A DNA stretch of 64,000 nt. Origin: Gemmatimonadaceae bacterium. GTDB taxonomy: Bacteria > Gemmatimonadota > Gemmatimonadetes > Gemmatimonadales > Gemmatimonadaceae. The notes below the pieces were generated by a model, which was not told where the DNA came from, did not search any database, and worked only from the letters and a program-made list of their open reading frames with translations. Positions within the stretch are counted from its first letter, which is position 1; every line of letters starts with the position of its first letter. The stretch is taken from the NCBI GenBank assembly GCA_045803545.1, contig JBJMOW010000004.1, forward strand, positions 256,001-320,000, given 5' to 3'. Below are positions 37,375 to 49,408 of the stretch, piece after piece. The translations under genes were made by a program, and so were the position numbers.

Positions 37375-38364
37375 ATGAAATCAAGGCGACTCGGCTCACA
37401 GGGCCTCAGCACCTCGGCAATTGGACTCGGCTGCATGGGCATGTCCGACTTCTACGGGCCCAGCAATGAGCAGCAGTCGATCGCTACGATTCACCGCGCC
37501 ATCGAGCTGGGCGTCAATCTGCTCGACACCGCCGATATATATGGTCCATTCACCAACGAGGAGCTCGTTGGTCGAGCAATCAAGGGAAAGCGCGACAAGG
37601 TTTTGATCGCCACCAAGTTCGGGAACGTGCGTGACCCGAAGACCAAGGCATTCCTCGGTGTCAACGGGAAGCCAGAGTACGTGCGACAGGCGTGCGAGGC
37701 ATCACTCAAACGATTGGGCATCGACACGATCGACTTGTACTACCAGCATCGGGTCGATCGCAACACGCCAATCGAAGACACGGTTGGCGCGATGGCCAAC
37801 CTCGTTCGTGAGGGCAAGGTGCGCTTCATCGGCCTGTCCGAGGCGTCAGTGCCGACGATTCGTCGCGCGCACAAGGTACATCCGATCACCGCGGTTCAAA
37901 CCGAGTATTCACTGTGGTCGCGAGATCCCGAAGATGGACTGCTGCAGGCACTACGCGCGCTCAATATCGGCTTCGTCGCGTACAGTCCTCTCGGTCGCGG
38001 ATTCCTGACGGGCCAGATCAAAACGGTCGACGATCTCGCTGACGACGATTTCCGTAAGCATCACCCGCGTTTTCAGGGCGAGAATTTTCAGAAGAATCTC
38101 GACCTGGTTGCACGCGTCGAGGAAATCGCCGCGGAGCACAACTGCACCGCGGCCCAGCTGGCGCTGGCGTGGGTACTCGCTCAGGGCGACGACATTGTTC
38201 CGATACCCGGAACGAGACATCCCGAGCGCCTCGAAGAGAATGTAGCCGCGCTCGCTGTCGTGCTGTCGGAAAACGATTTACGCCGCATCGATACCGCCGC
38301 CCCAAAAGGTGCGACGGCCGGCGATCGTTATCCCGAAGGTGGGATGAGAACGATCAACGGCTAG
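37375..38364 (+). CDS. aldo/keto reductase
   Basis: [42 protein letters not shown]. Confidence 0.95.
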   Translation: MKSRRLGSQGLSTSAIGLGCMGMSDFYGPSNEQQSIATIHRAIELGVNLLDTADIYGPFTNEELVGRAIKGKRDKVLIATKFGNVRDPKTKAFLGVNGKPEYVRQACEASLKRLGIDTIDLYYQHRVDRNTPIEDTVGAMANLVREGKVRFIGLSEASVPTIRRAHKVHPITAVQTEYSLWSRDPEDGLLQALRALNIGFVAYSPLGRGFLTGQIKTVDDLADDDFRKHHPRFQGENFQKNLDLVARVEEIAAEHNCTAAQLALAWVLAQGDDIVPIPGTRHPERLEENVAALAVVLSENDLRRIDTAAPKGATAGDRYPEGGMRTING

Positions 38365-38755
38365 GGCGACGCCGCTTGCGGCTCCCTTGATCCCAATCCG
38401 TCAGCGCTGACACGACAAGCGTTAACGCCGTCAGTCCAAAGCACATGTTGCGCGCGGCGCGGTCCTCGGCGAAGCCGAGTAGCCATGGCATTGCCGGCAA
38501 GATCGCCGCGATCGCCAGCTCGGCCGCGCCGTGTGCCTTGAACGGAACGAGTCGCTTGAGACTCAGTGGATAGTCAGTGACTGAAGACAGCCCCGTATAG
38601 CCGGTAGCCAGGCCTTCAAAAAGATTCCGCGCAGCTCTTGGTACGTCGAAAATCGCCGGCGCTACTGCAACCGCTGCTGACGTCCCGTAATCGATCATGC
38701 CGTGCACGCGCGGCGAAATTGGCCTGCGCATCCTTCCTCGTGTTGGTCTCGCCAT
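38354..38755 (-). CDS. SPW-repeat-like small membrane protein
   Basis: [28 protein letters not shown] and a GGAGG RBS. Confidence 0.75.
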   Translation of the reverse strand: MARPTRGRMRRPISPRVHGMIDYGTSAAVAVAPAIFDVPRAARNLFEGLATGYTGLSSVTDYPLSLKRLVPFKAHGAAELAIAAILPAMPWLLGFAEDRAARNMCFGLTALTLVVSALTDWDQGSRKRRRPSR

Positions 38756-38781
38756 TGCCCCTCCCAGTAACGGGAGTAAAT

Positions 38782-38796
38782 GCGAGACCCGTTCCA
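38782..38796 (-). promoter_or_regulatory. sigma54-type box TGGAACG-GGTC-TCGC
   Basis: GG-N10-GC spacing, upstream of the SPW-like gene. Confidence 0.45.
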
Positions 38797-38834
38797 CTAC
38801 GTCGCTGCCTTGACTCGGCAAGGAGAGAACCGCT

Positions 38835-40511
<1,677 letters not shown>

Positions 40512-40596
40512 CCGGGCAATTTAAGGAGTGCTGAACCCGGCTGTGCCCACCATCCTCAATTAATCCGCGGTCAGCAATGCCGTTGGTCCGAACACC

Positions 40597-41403
40597 TCAA
40601 TCAGGTTGCTTCGGCTCTCCGAGCATTGCGTGATCGTGGTCCATGTGGTCATCGTGCCAGATGGACTTCAGATCATTCCCGGCGAAGGCATTGGCGTGCA
40701 GCATCCAGCCGAACGCCTGCGGGATGAACCGGCCGTTCGCCGCTTCGCACTCCTCGCGCGTCGCGACACCGAGCGGACCGAAGATCGGACGACCGTCCTT
40801 AGTCTCGTACCAGCGATCCTTTGCGCTCCGCGCAGGGACGCACCAGTTGACGTGACGGTGCCAGCGCGCAACACTGAGCGGGACTCGCTCGTTGAGCTCG
40901 TCTTCAGTGGTGCCGCGCGAAGCGGTGTACATCGCGCCAATCAGATGGAACTGCCCCTGCGCGTCTTTTGTATAGAGCAGTGACGTGGGACGGGCGGGAT
41001 CGAAGCCCCATTGGTTGCGCAAGGCATTCCAACCCTTGGTGAAGTGATATTGCGGCTGATTCTTGATCTGCGGCGCGAACATCTTGTAGCCGTCCGCTTC
41101 CGCGACCTTTACGTCCGAATACCTCGCGATCGCCTGACGCAGCTCATTGATCACTTGCGCCGCACGAACTGAATCGGCCGCAGTCATCGCCCGCGGATTG
41201 GAGTAGGCCATATGCTTCGCCATTGCTTCCATCCGCCAATCGGGCGCGGCATCCATGTGCATGTCGCCCATCGAGTGCGCTGACATCGAGCTATCCCCGT
41301 GTGCGTGCGACTGCTGCGCGAAAATTCGGGTGGGCGCGCAGAGAGCGCCGAGCACACACAGCGAGCGTGTGAAACGAAGAGCCTTGGAGTGGGTCATCGC
41401 CAA
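40597..41403 (-). CDS. secreted His/Met-rich hypothetical protein
   Basis: Signal peptide, His/Met-rich termini, and QYHF, IGAMY, WHRHVNWC, WMLHA. Confidence 0.72.
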   Translation of the reverse strand: MAMTHSKALRFTRSLCVLGALCAPTRIFAQQSHAHGDSSMSAHSMGDMHMDAAPDWRMEAMAKHMAYSNPRAMTAADSVRAAQVINELRQAIARYSDVKVAEADGYKMFAPQIKNQPQYHFTKGWNALRNQWGFDPARPTSLLYTKDAQGQFHLIGAMYTASRGTTEDELNERVPLSVARWHRHVNWCVPARSAKDRWYETKDGRPIFGPLGVATREECEAANGRFIPQAFGWMLHANAFAGNDLKSIWHDDHMDHDHAMLGEPKQPD

Positions 41404-41461
41404 CCGTCGTCAGGGTTCACGGACTGCATGTACCCAGTTAGACGATCACGACGAAGGCGGG

Positions 41462-42568
41462 TTAACCCCCGTAAGTCGCTATCAACCGGTTCAGTGCGTC
41501 CTTAACCCGCTCGTGCGGCAGTTGATGAATCTCGGCTTCGTTCCAGGCGATGATCTCGCCCGGCGTGTTCCACGGCGCGTAAGGCTTGTGCTCGCGCTTC
41601 AGCAAAACGAGTGAAGGCCGGCGGAACGCCGACGCAGCGTGCGAGATGCTGGTGTCGGGCGTGAAGACCATATCGGAGGTTCCAACGAGCGCGAATGCAT
41701 CACGCAGGTTCGGCGTTTTCACCGGCAGCGCATTCGCTGCGTTTGCAACCCTACTCACCGAATCCCACTCTGCCGGGAGACCGATCACGACCATCGGCAT
41801 TCGCGGATTTTTCGCGCGAACTGCCTGCAGCGTAGCAATAAATTTCCCGTCCGGCCAGCGTCGCTTCGGCTCCGAGGCGGAGAGGTTGACGAGCAATCGT
41901 TTTGGCGAGCCATCGGCAGCGCCGCTGACCAAAGCGGCCGCGTCCTGCCATTCCTTCTCCGCTTGTCCACGCTCATCGTCGGAGAGGAAGATCTCGGGTT
42001 GCCAGTCAGCGCCGTTAGGATCGACGCCGAACGGAACTGCCAAATGCTTGGACCCTTCGATGTAGTGATCGACGCGGTTCCACTCCGGCACGCAGACGTT
42101 GTAAATGCGCGGGCGTCGATCACCGCGTGCGCCGACTCTGAACCGCGCTCGTCCAGCGTACATCAACAGCGGCGTCGATGTGAACATGGGTGGATTATTG
42201 AGCCGACCATCCACCATTACGGTGTACTTCTCCTGGCGCAGCCGTCTCATTGTATCCGTGTAGCTCCGCCACGATTTGCGATCGAGCACCAGGATATTAC
42301 CAACGTACGGATTCTGCTCGAGGACCGCGGCGGTTGTCGGCGTTCCCAGCACGTCCACTTTTCCACTGGGCAGCGCGCGGGCGATGTTCCGGATCACCGA
42401 CGTCGCCATGATCATGTCACCAATGCGCTCATATCGCATGAACAGAACGCGATAATCGGAATTCGTGGGCGGGGGCAATGTCGTTTTATCCGGACCGGGC
42501 AACATCCAGTCGAGGACGCGCATCCAGAAGCCGCGCCAGGCGATTTCAATCTTTCTCAGGTCCACCAA
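41462..42568 (-). CDS. glycosyltransferase family 9 (heptosyltransferase-like)
   Basis: RIGDMIMAT, NPYV, KRRWP, TPDTSISHAASAF. Confidence 0.88.
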   Translation of the reverse strand: MVDLRKIEIAWRGFWMRVLDWMLPGPDKTTLPPPTNSDYRVLFMRYERIGDMIMATSVIRNIARALPSGKVDVLGTPTTAAVLEQNPYVGNILVLDRKSWRSYTDTMRRLRQEKYTVMVDGRLNNPPMFTSTPLLMYAGRARFRVGARGDRRPRIYNVCVPEWNRVDHYIEGSKHLAVPFGVDPNGADWQPEIFLSDDERGQAEKEWQDAAALVSGAADGSPKRLLVNLSASEPKRRWPDGKFIATLQAVRAKNPRMPMVVIGLPAEWDSVSRVANAANALPVKTPNLRDAFALVGTSDMVFTPDTSISHAASAFRRPSLVLLKREHKPYAPWNTPGEIIAWNEAEIHQLPHERVKDALNRLIATYGG

Positions 42569-43085
42569 TCAGCCGAAGCTCCAGCAACTTTCGTGAAGGT
42601 TGCGGATCGCGAGTGTGATAGAGCTGAATCGCATCTATCATGAACGGTTCGGAGATCCGCACATCGAGCAGCTCCCGTCGCGATTTCGAATCACGCGATG
42701 GGTACAGACTCAGAGTTGCATGAGGGCTAAAAGTGTACCGCGACCTCGTAAAGGGCAGGCCACTGGTTAGAAGGCGGTCGTGAAGAACCCTGATTTCGCC
42801 GTGAGGGGCGATCGGTAAAACGATGATGTCGGTCTGCATGAACCGCTGTGGGGGCTGAAATGAGAGCATCAACGGCGGAGTCGTTCGAGCGATCGGCTCG
42901 ACTGCCGCACTCATTTCCTCCACGGTCACAGATGGCGGTATCGGGCCAGCCCCCGATGAGCCTGTCAGAGTTATGTGCGGCGGCTTATACCGGGCGAGCT
43001 TCGGATCATATCGCTCGTTGATGGCGCGAATCTGATCGCTGATTGGGCCCGGCAGCTCCGCCAGGATAAAGATGCCATTGAGCAA
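42546..43085 (-). CDS. 2H phosphoesterase / 2'-5' RNA ligase family protein
   Basis: Two HxT motifs: PPHITL and SPHATL. Confidence 0.85.
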   Translation of the reverse strand: MLNGIFILAELPGPISDQIRAINERYDPKLARYKPPHITLTGSSGAGPIPPSVTVEEMSAAVEPIARTTPPLMLSFQPPQRFMQTDIIVLPIAPHGEIRVLHDRLLTSGLPFTRSRYTFSPHATLSLYPSRDSKSRRELLDVRISEPFMIDAIQLYHTRDPQPSRKLLELRLIGGPEKD

Positions 43086-43263
43086 GCATCACTCGCCGTG
43101 AAGTGCAGTTATTGTCAGAACCGGATTGAAAATAAAACCGGATTCGCTCCGATCTGCGACTTTTTTCCCCCAATCAGTTTGAGCGGATTCACGGGGTTTA
43201 GTCAACACCAATGCAAGTCGCTTACCCCTTGTAAATCACCTTTGTAATCGCGATATCACTCGA

Positions 43264-44169
43264 ATGCTGACTATCGACCTTACAGGTAAGCGCGCGCTGG
43301 TTGCTGGCGTTGCTGATGACGCCGGGTTCGGCTTCGCTATAGCCAAAGCATTAGCCGAGGCAGGCGCCAGTGTATCTGTTGGCACCTGGCCGCCGGCGCT
43401 CAACATCTTCATGAACCTTCTCGAGCGCGGCAAGATGGACGAATCGCGCAAGATGTCCAACGGCCGCACGCTGGAGTTCGAAAAGATTTATCCGCTCGAC
43501 GCCGCCTACGACACTCTCGCTGACGCGCCGGACGACATCCGCAACAACAAACGCTACAAGGACAACGGCGATTTCAGCATCGATGGTGTGGCGCGTCGCA
43601 TCGAATCGGACTTCGGTAAAAACTCCCTCGATATCGTGATCCATTCGCTGGCTAACGGTCCGGAGGTTAAAAAACCGCTGCTCGAAACCAGTAGAGCGGG
43701 CTACCTGACCGCCGTCAGCGTCAGCGCATACTCCCTGGTATCGATGGTCGCTCGGCTGTCGCCGTTAATGCGAAAGGGTGGATCGTTTCTGTCGCTGACG
43801 TACATGGCGAGTGAGCGTGTAATTCCGGGCTATGGCGGGGGAATGTCCTCAGCCAAAGCTGCGCTCGAGAGCGATACCCGCGTGCTCGCATTCGAGGCAG
43901 GCCGAAAGTACGGAGTCCGCGTCAACACCATCTCTGCCGGTCCGCTTGCATCTCGCGCTGCCAGCGCGATTGGCATCATCGAGAAGATGGTCGAGTACTG
44001 CGCACAGAATTCGCCGCTGCCGGATCCGTTGCAGGCGGAAGAAGTCGGAACAGCGGCTGCGTTCCTATCGAGCCCACTCGCTGCCGGGATCACCGGCACC
44101 GTTGTCTACGTCGACAAGGGTTATCACTCGATGGGGATGACGATGCAGGAGACAGCGCCGACGGCCTGA
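43264..44169 (+). CDS. fabI: enoyl-ACP reductase (plastid/chlamydial-type FabI)
   Basis: [53 protein letters not shown]. Confidence 0.93.
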   Translation: MLTIDLTGKRALVAGVADDAGFGFAIAKALAEAGASVSVGTWPPALNIFMNLLERGKMDESRKMSNGRTLEFEKIYPLDAAYDTLADAPDDIRNNKRYKDNGDFSIDGVARRIESDFGKNSLDIVIHSLANGPEVKKPLLETSRAGYLTAVSVSAYSLVSMVARLSPLMRKGGSFLSLTYMASERVIPGYGGGMSSAKAALESDTRVLAFEAGRKYGVRVNTISAGPLASRAASAIGIIEKMVEYCAQNSPLPDPLQAEEVGTAAAFLSSPLAAGITGTVVYVDKGYHSMGMTMQETAPTA

Positions 44170-44170
44170 G

Positions 44171-45301
44171 TTATTCGGGATTCCTCTTCGACCGTACGGC
44201 TCGCAGTCGTTGAATTTGCTCCCGAATTCTCTCCAGCTCTTCCTGCGAGTGGCGTCCTGACAAAACGATGACGCCCCTCGTCGAGGGATCGAGCCAGCTG
44301 ATCGAATGCCGCTCGCCGACCTGTGCATCCTGCAGGGCAGCCACCGACGGGGGTGGCGCGGGCTGAGTCTTTTGTTGGGATTCGACCGTTGCGCCTGCTT
44401 TTTCGGCGCGACGCGCGGGCTGGGCCTGGGTGCCAAGTGCAGTCACCACGCTCTGGAGCTGGGGTGAAGTTTGCTCTTCGAGCATCACTGTGTCACCCGG
44501 GGCGATCTCGTAGAACGTTTGCGTCCCACCGACAACGCGCTTGCTTGCGACTTCGCGCGGTACCGTCTCGACAGCCCCTCCACCAATAGTGCCAAAAGCC
44601 TGGCGAAGTGGGGCCGGTGCAGCGGCGGCCGCCGGTACACGGGCGGGAGCTACAGGTTCAACCACATCCGACTTTGACTCGGCGGGAGCGTTCAATCGCC
44701 GTACATCAGCAGATGCACGCGCTCCCCCATCGTCCAAGCGCAGGTCCTGCTTGGACGTCGCACGAACAGGAGGTGGAGTGACGCCACCTGCTCTGTGCTG
44801 CTCGTCCGCTTGTGTCCCGACTGGCGCAGCTGCTCGAATTTCAGGCGCCGTCGCAGGTTGAGCCGGCGCAAGTTGAGCCGTCGCGCGCGCCCCCGGAGAG
44901 TCCGCGGCAGCGGGCTGCCGAGAAAGGATGGTGACGGGTCCGGGAGCTACCTCGAGAGACCTCGCGCTCGAATCAGAGGTGTTGCTCGTCGCTGAGCGAC
45001 TCTCGCTTCCGCGCTCCTTCACGAGCAGCACTGTGCCCGTTGCGACGACAAGAACGGTCGCGGCCACCCTCCACACCCACGGCTGCACGCGCTGCGTCCG
45101 CGCGATCGGAATCACACCGCGCGGCGCATCGTCCAGCGCAGTCAAAATCCGCGACGAAGCCGCGATGAACCCGCGGGCTTCCGCAACTGCCGCCTGACAC
45201 TGCGCACAGCCTTCGACGTGCGCGTTCGCCCTCGCCGCTTCTTCAGGGCTCAGCGCCCCGTCCAGCCAGGCGTGAATTGTTCCTTCGTCAAGATGCTGCA
45301 T
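44171..45301 (-). CDS. zf-HC2 anti-sigma factor with long periplasmic tail
   Basis: HLDEGTIHAWLDGAL...HVEGCAQC, a TM helix and an Ala/Pro-rich region. Confidence 0.85.
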   Translation of the reverse strand: MQHLDEGTIHAWLDGALSPEEAARANAHVEGCAQCQAAVAEARGFIAASSRILTALDDAPRGVIPIARTQRVQPWVWRVAATVLVVATGTVLLVKERGSESRSATSNTSDSSARSLEVAPGPVTILSRQPAAADSPGARATAQLAPAQPATAPEIRAAAPVGTQADEQHRAGGVTPPPVRATSKQDLRLDDGGARASADVRRLNAPAESKSDVVEPVAPARVPAAAAAPAPLRQAFGTIGGGAVETVPREVASKRVVGGTQTFYEIAPGDTVMLEEQTSPQLQSVVTALGTQAQPARRAEKAGATVESQQKTQPAPPPSVAALQDAQVGERHSISWLDPSTRGVIVLSGRHSQEELERIREQIQRLRAVRSKRNPE

Positions 45302-45806
45302 GCTTCTCTCTCTCCTCTCTGCTCTTCTGCAAGGTCTCGTAGCTTTCCACCAAACGCCGTCGCGCCCGCGACAACGTCGTTCCGACCGAACCCGGCGAAA
45401 GCTGCAACGCCTCGGCGATCTCGTTGTAGTCCAAACCCTCTTCGCGCATTAGCAGCGCCAGTCTGTCACGCTCTGCCAACGCATCGACTGCCTTGCGCGC
45501 CATTGCCGCTTCTTGCGCACGCTCGAGCGTAGTCTCGGCAGGTTCAACCACCGACTCACGCTCCTCTTCCGCCAGCAGGGCCAGATGCTTCCGCCGCCGG
45601 CTATCCTTCCGCGCTTCGTCTCGCACGAGATTCGTCGCCACCGCAAAGAGCCACGCCCGCTCGTTCTGTATCGAAGGTTGGCGCAGTGCGCGCACGAACG
45701 TCTCCTGAGCCACTTCTTCCGCCCAGTCGCGATCTCCCAAACGCCGCGTCAGATATCGCACCAACGCGGCGTTGTACGTTCGGAAGAGACGCTCGACGTC
45801 TGTCAC
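45288..45806 (-). CDS. ECF RNA polymerase sigma factor
   Basis: AEEVAQETF, AWLFAVATN, EGLDYNEIA, SVGTTLSRARRRL. Confidence 0.92.
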   Translation of the reverse strand: MTDVERLFRTYNAALVRYLTRRLGDRDWAEEVAQETFVRALRQPSIQNERAWLFAVATNLVRDEARKDSRRRKHLALLAEEERESVVEPAETTLERAQEAAMARKAVDALAERDRLALLMREEGLDYNEIAEALQLSPGSVGTTLSRARRRLVESYETLQKSREEREKHAAS

Positions 45807-45810
45807 TCGC

Positions 45811-48108
45811 TCACCAGCGATCTCGCAACATTGCCTGATCGCGGTCCGACAGTTGTTCTACACCATTCGGCGACAGCTCGATTGCCATGCTGCGGCCGGC
45901 GACGATTGCGCGCTCACCGACCGAGAAGGCTTCACGCAACTCCGGCTCGAGCTCGATGATTCTGAAGTACGCATCCGAGAAAGCCTTCACTCGCAGCACC
46001 GGTCCAGCGCTCTTGTACTGTATATCAGTCCACACTCCGTCACGCAGAACGAAAGTGTGTGTACCCCCACGCTTCATTCTCGCGTCGGCTATTCCGCCCA
46101 TCGCTGAATCGGCCGCGGCAACGGATGTAGCCGCACGCTGAGCAGATGCTGCCTTGGCGGCCTCGAATTGCACTGAGGGCGCCGCTGCTGGTGCAGCCCG
46201 GCCCGTACCCGCTCCAGTTGCAACCGCCTGATTCATATCGGCCCGACGACCGAGCTGCTGCTGCAGGCGATTCATTCCAGGCTCGACCACCAGGTAGGAT
46301 GAGAACTCAGTCGGAATTCCAAAGCGCTCTCCCAGGTCACGGATTTCGTCGTCGATCTCTCGCGAGCCGCCATTCTTGCGCTTTTCCGCGCTGAGATATC
46401 CCACACGCTGAGTAGCCCACAGCCGCGCGACGAACGGATTCTCGCGCGAGCGCTCCGGAAAACGAACCCGACTTGCCCAGCTTACTGGCCCATTTGTCGT
46501 TTGACCATCGACACGAATGATTGCGTCGCCGCTTCCGTCGTAGCGAGCGAGGAGCACCAGATCCTCGCCGGCAAATATGTCAACCGGCCCGCCTGGATGC
46601 ATTTTACGCAGCCGCACGCCGTCAGCGCGCACCCGGACATCGGTGACGAGTGGACTGGTAAGTCGGCTCGCGACAATGCCAACCGCACGCTCGACTGATT
46701 CATCGGGACGGACAAAGCTCGCCGTTCCTCTGCCTTCGAGCGCCAGCTGCTCGATAAGCGAGACGTTGAGATCAGCTCCGACGCCGAATGTGAATAGCCG
46801 GCGTGAGCCACGCTGCTTCGCTACGCTGTTGGCAATCACGGTCCCATCACGCTCGCCGACCGTCGGTTGACCGTCGGTGAGAAACAGGATGATTGGCAAC
46901 CGTCCCGATTGTGTCGGTGCCGACAGTGCCTCGTTGAGCGCGCCGGAGATGTTTGTTGACCCCTGCGCGTCCAGGTCATCGAGATAGCGCTCCGCCGCCC
47001 GGACGCTCTCGTTCGTCGCGTAAGAGAATCCGTCGCGGAATGTCCGCACATCGCTGGAAAAGTCGATGAGACGGAAGCGATCCATTGACGACAGCGTGCG
47101 CAGCAGCTGCTTGCCGGCGGCCCGCGCCTGCTCGATCTTCTGCCCACTCATCGAGCCGGACACGTCGAGCACGAATGTCACGTCACGTGGCACCGCGCGT
47201 GGTCGTATCGCGGGCGGTGAGATGGTGATCAATGCAAACCCATCGTCATTGCCCGGCGCATTCGCGAGCAGCGAGATGGCCGCACTGGTCGAGCGTCGGA
47301 TCGGGATAAGGAGCGTGACCTCTCCGTTCGCGTCCCTTACCTCGAACCGGCGCATCGACCCGCGATAGCCGCTCGCAAAACGATCGCTGTCAGATGGACC
47401 CGTGTTATAGTCATTATTTGCGTAGCGATCTTCATACATCGAATGCGTCGGTGAATACGCTGTCCCGTACATCGGGTCGTTCGGATAAGTCAGTACGAAC
47501 GAAACGCGACCCTCGGGATAGCGCGCGGCGACTTGATTCGTGCGCAGGCCGCGGAAGTAATCGACGCGTAGCGCATCGCCTTCGCGCTCTGCTACCGTTT
47601 GAAAGCGGACGACGACTTTCTTCACCTCGCCCGGCGCGATCGGGAAGATTCTCGCGCGCAGCAAACCGTAGCCCATCCACTCCAGTAATGCGGGATCACG
47701 TTGGCGGCGCACGATGTCTTCATAGATCTGACGTGCGGCATCGGCGCTCATCGTTTCGCCCGAAACCATCTCGCCGTTGATCGAGAGCTTGAGATCCTGG
47801 AACGCCGCACCCTTGGGCAGCGGAAACATGAAGTCCGCCTCGCCGACTCTGCCACCGCGGTTGACGAAGGTTTCCGTTATCTCGTAATGCAGCACGCGAT
47901 CAGCGAGGTCGACACGCACATCGCTGCTTTGTCTGAAGACGTCGGGCGAGGTGATTCCGCACGAGCGCATGACGCATGGTTGTCCAGGCCGACATGGCGG
48001 CGGCACCGGGCAAGGCCATGGTCGCGGCACCTGATCGACGATTTGTGAAGAAGCCGTCGAGGCGACGGCGATTAACGTAATAGCGAGACAGGAAATGAAT
48101 GAGCGCAT
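45811..48108 (-). CDS. secreted VIT + vWA domain protein
   Basis: Signal peptide, VIT domain (EADFMFPLP, DPALLE, RIFPI) and a vWA MIDAS (DVSGSM, GSTNI, LTDG). Confidence 0.9.
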   Translation of the reverse strand: MRSFISCLAITLIAVASTASSQIVDQVPRPWPCPVPPPCRPGQPCVMRSCGITSPDVFRQSSDVRVDLADRVLHYEITETFVNRGGRVGEADFMFPLPKGAAFQDLKLSINGEMVSGETMSADAARQIYEDIVRRQRDPALLEWMGYGLLRARIFPIAPGEVKKVVVRFQTVAEREGDALRVDYFRGLRTNQVAARYPEGRVSFVLTYPNDPMYGTAYSPTHSMYEDRYANNDYNTGPSDSDRFASGYRGSMRRFEVRDANGEVTLLIPIRRSTSAAISLLANAPGNDDGFALITISPPAIRPRAVPRDVTFVLDVSGSMSGQKIEQARAAGKQLLRTLSSMDRFRLIDFSSDVRTFRDGFSYATNESVRAAERYLDDLDAQGSTNISGALNEALSAPTQSGRLPIILFLTDGQPTVGERDGTVIANSVAKQRGSRRLFTFGVGADLNVSLIEQLALEGRGTASFVRPDESVERAVGIVASRLTSPLVTDVRVRADGVRLRKMHPGGPVDIFAGEDLVLLARYDGSGDAIIRVDGQTTNGPVSWASRVRFPERSRENPFVARLWATQRVGYLSAEKRKNGGSREIDDEIRDLGERFGIPTEFSSYLVVEPGMNRLQQQLGRRADMNQAVATGAGTGRAAPAAAPSVQFEAAKAASAQRAATSVAAADSAMGGIADARMKRGGTHTFVLRDGVWTDIQYKSAGPVLRVKAFSDAYFRIIELEPELREAFSVGERAIVAGRSMAIELSPNGVEQLSDRDQAMLRDRW

Positions 48109-48188
48109 GACACACCAGTAGGAAGGTTCTACTGTGGGACGTGCGCGACTCTACTACTTGCACACCGCTCCTTTGGTGTTTTGCCGGT

Positions 48189-49100
48189 TCAGCGCTTCTG
48201 CTTCTTCCGCCTTTTCTGCAGGTCACGCCGTTCGTCGACCCTAACGGCCAGTAACTGATGATCCGCCCTGATCATCGTGGTCTCGAAGTTCTCGCTGCCA
48301 CGCCTGGCAGCCCAGCCCATCGAAAACGGAACCGGCGCCGATGTCGGAGCTGCTGCACGCAGGCGCGTCACCACGTGCTCCGTCTGATCTTCATCCGAAT
48401 CGCACAGCACCACCAGAAACTCATCGCCTCCCACACGAACTACTGCTTCTTCCGCACGCACATGTCGCATTAGAAAGCGCGCCATCCTCACCAGCACGGC
48501 ATCACCTTCCGCGTGGCCATTGCTGTCGTTGTACTGCTTGAAGTGATCGATGTCGAGATAAATGCAGCCCCACTCACCCTTCGCCTGTGCCTCGCACTGC
48601 CTGGTGACGGTGTTGAGATAGCGCCGGTTGTAGCAGCCAGTCAGAGGGTCCCGGATGCTGAGCTCCAGCAACTGCGTCTGCAGCTCCTTCCGATGCGTGA
48701 TGTCGACAAGCACGCCGTGACAGTACTTCTCCCCGGTTTCAGGATCGATCGACAGGAACGCGCTGTCGACGACCGTTCTGATCTCGCCATCGCGACGCGT
48801 CACCTGGAACTCGAAATCGCGCACCGATCCTTCGCGCTCGAGCTGCGCCATCTCACGTGCTCGCACCTCCGGTCGGACGAAATCGCCCGTACGGTGATTC
48901 TTCAAATCATTCAGTGAATCCACGCCGAACATCTCGAGGAATGCCGGATTCGCGTCGATGATCTCTCCATCCAGCGTCGTGATGTAGATTCCTTCCTGCA
49001 GTCGACGCGCGAGCTCGCTGAGAGTCTTTGGATCACTCAGGCTGCGAAATCGTCTTCTTTTTCTGGGTTTTGGCTTTCTGGCAGGCTGGAGACGACTCAC
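48189..49100 (-). CDS. PAS-GGDEF diguanylate cyclase
   Basis: PAS (ANPAFLEMFG), DPLTGCYNRR, DIDHFKQYND..GH..GD, RVGGDEF. Confidence 0.93.
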   Translation of the reverse strand: MSRLQPARKPKPRKRRRFRSLSDPKTLSELARRLQEGIYITTLDGEIIDANPAFLEMFGVDSLNDLKNHRTGDFVRPEVRAREMAQLEREGSVRDFEFQVTRRDGEIRTVVDSAFLSIDPETGEKYCHGVLVDITHRKELQTQLLELSIRDPLTGCYNRRYLNTVTRQCEAQAKGEWGCIYLDIDHFKQYNDSNGHAEGDAVLVRMARFLMRHVRAEEAVVRVGGDEFLVVLCDSDEDQTEHVVTRLRAAAPTSAPVPFSMGWAARRGSENFETTMIRADHQLLAVRVDERRDLQKRRKKQKR

Positions 49101-49117
49101 ATCATTGCCTCAGCAAA

Positions 49118-49132
49118 CGGCATATCCGTTGC
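49118..49132 (+). promoter_or_regulatory. sigma54-type box CGGCATA-TCCG-TTGC
   Basis: GGCA-N7-TTGC, about 30 nt upstream of the small ORF at 49163. Confidence 0.5.
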
Positions 49133-49162
49133 TTCAATCGATGGATACGAAGTGGAGATATT

Positions 49163-49360
49163 ATGACACCCAGGAAGCAGCAGGAACAGACTAAGAAAGG
49201 CCCGGCCAACGACCGCGAAGTCGATCACGGGACGCGATCCGGCCGGCCAAATCCAGAAGATGTTCCATCTCATGCCGATCAGCACAAAAGCGGATACGGC
49301 GGCGAGCAAGGTCAGCCTCGCACCAGCACCGATCAGCGCGAGACGCAAAAAGGGCGCTAG
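49163..49360 (+). CDS. small hydrophilic hypothetical protein (65 aa)
   Basis: GGAG RBS. MTPRKQQEQTKK...HKSGYGGEQGQPRTSTDQRE. Confidence 0.65.
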   Translation: MTPRKQQEQTKKGPANDREVDHGTRSGRPNPEDVPSHADQHKSGYGGEQGQPRTSTDQRETQKGR

Positions 49361-49408
49361 GCAACTCCGTCGTGCTCTGCGCCTTAAAACCTTGAGAAAT
49401 ACTGCACG

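Noticed and set aside
43086..43263. AT-richer divergent spacer with AACCGGATT twice, as a possible origin or ncRNA
   Set aside because: Only a 9-bp duplicate, with no DnaA-box cluster or stable fold seen. Best explained as an ordinary promoter region.
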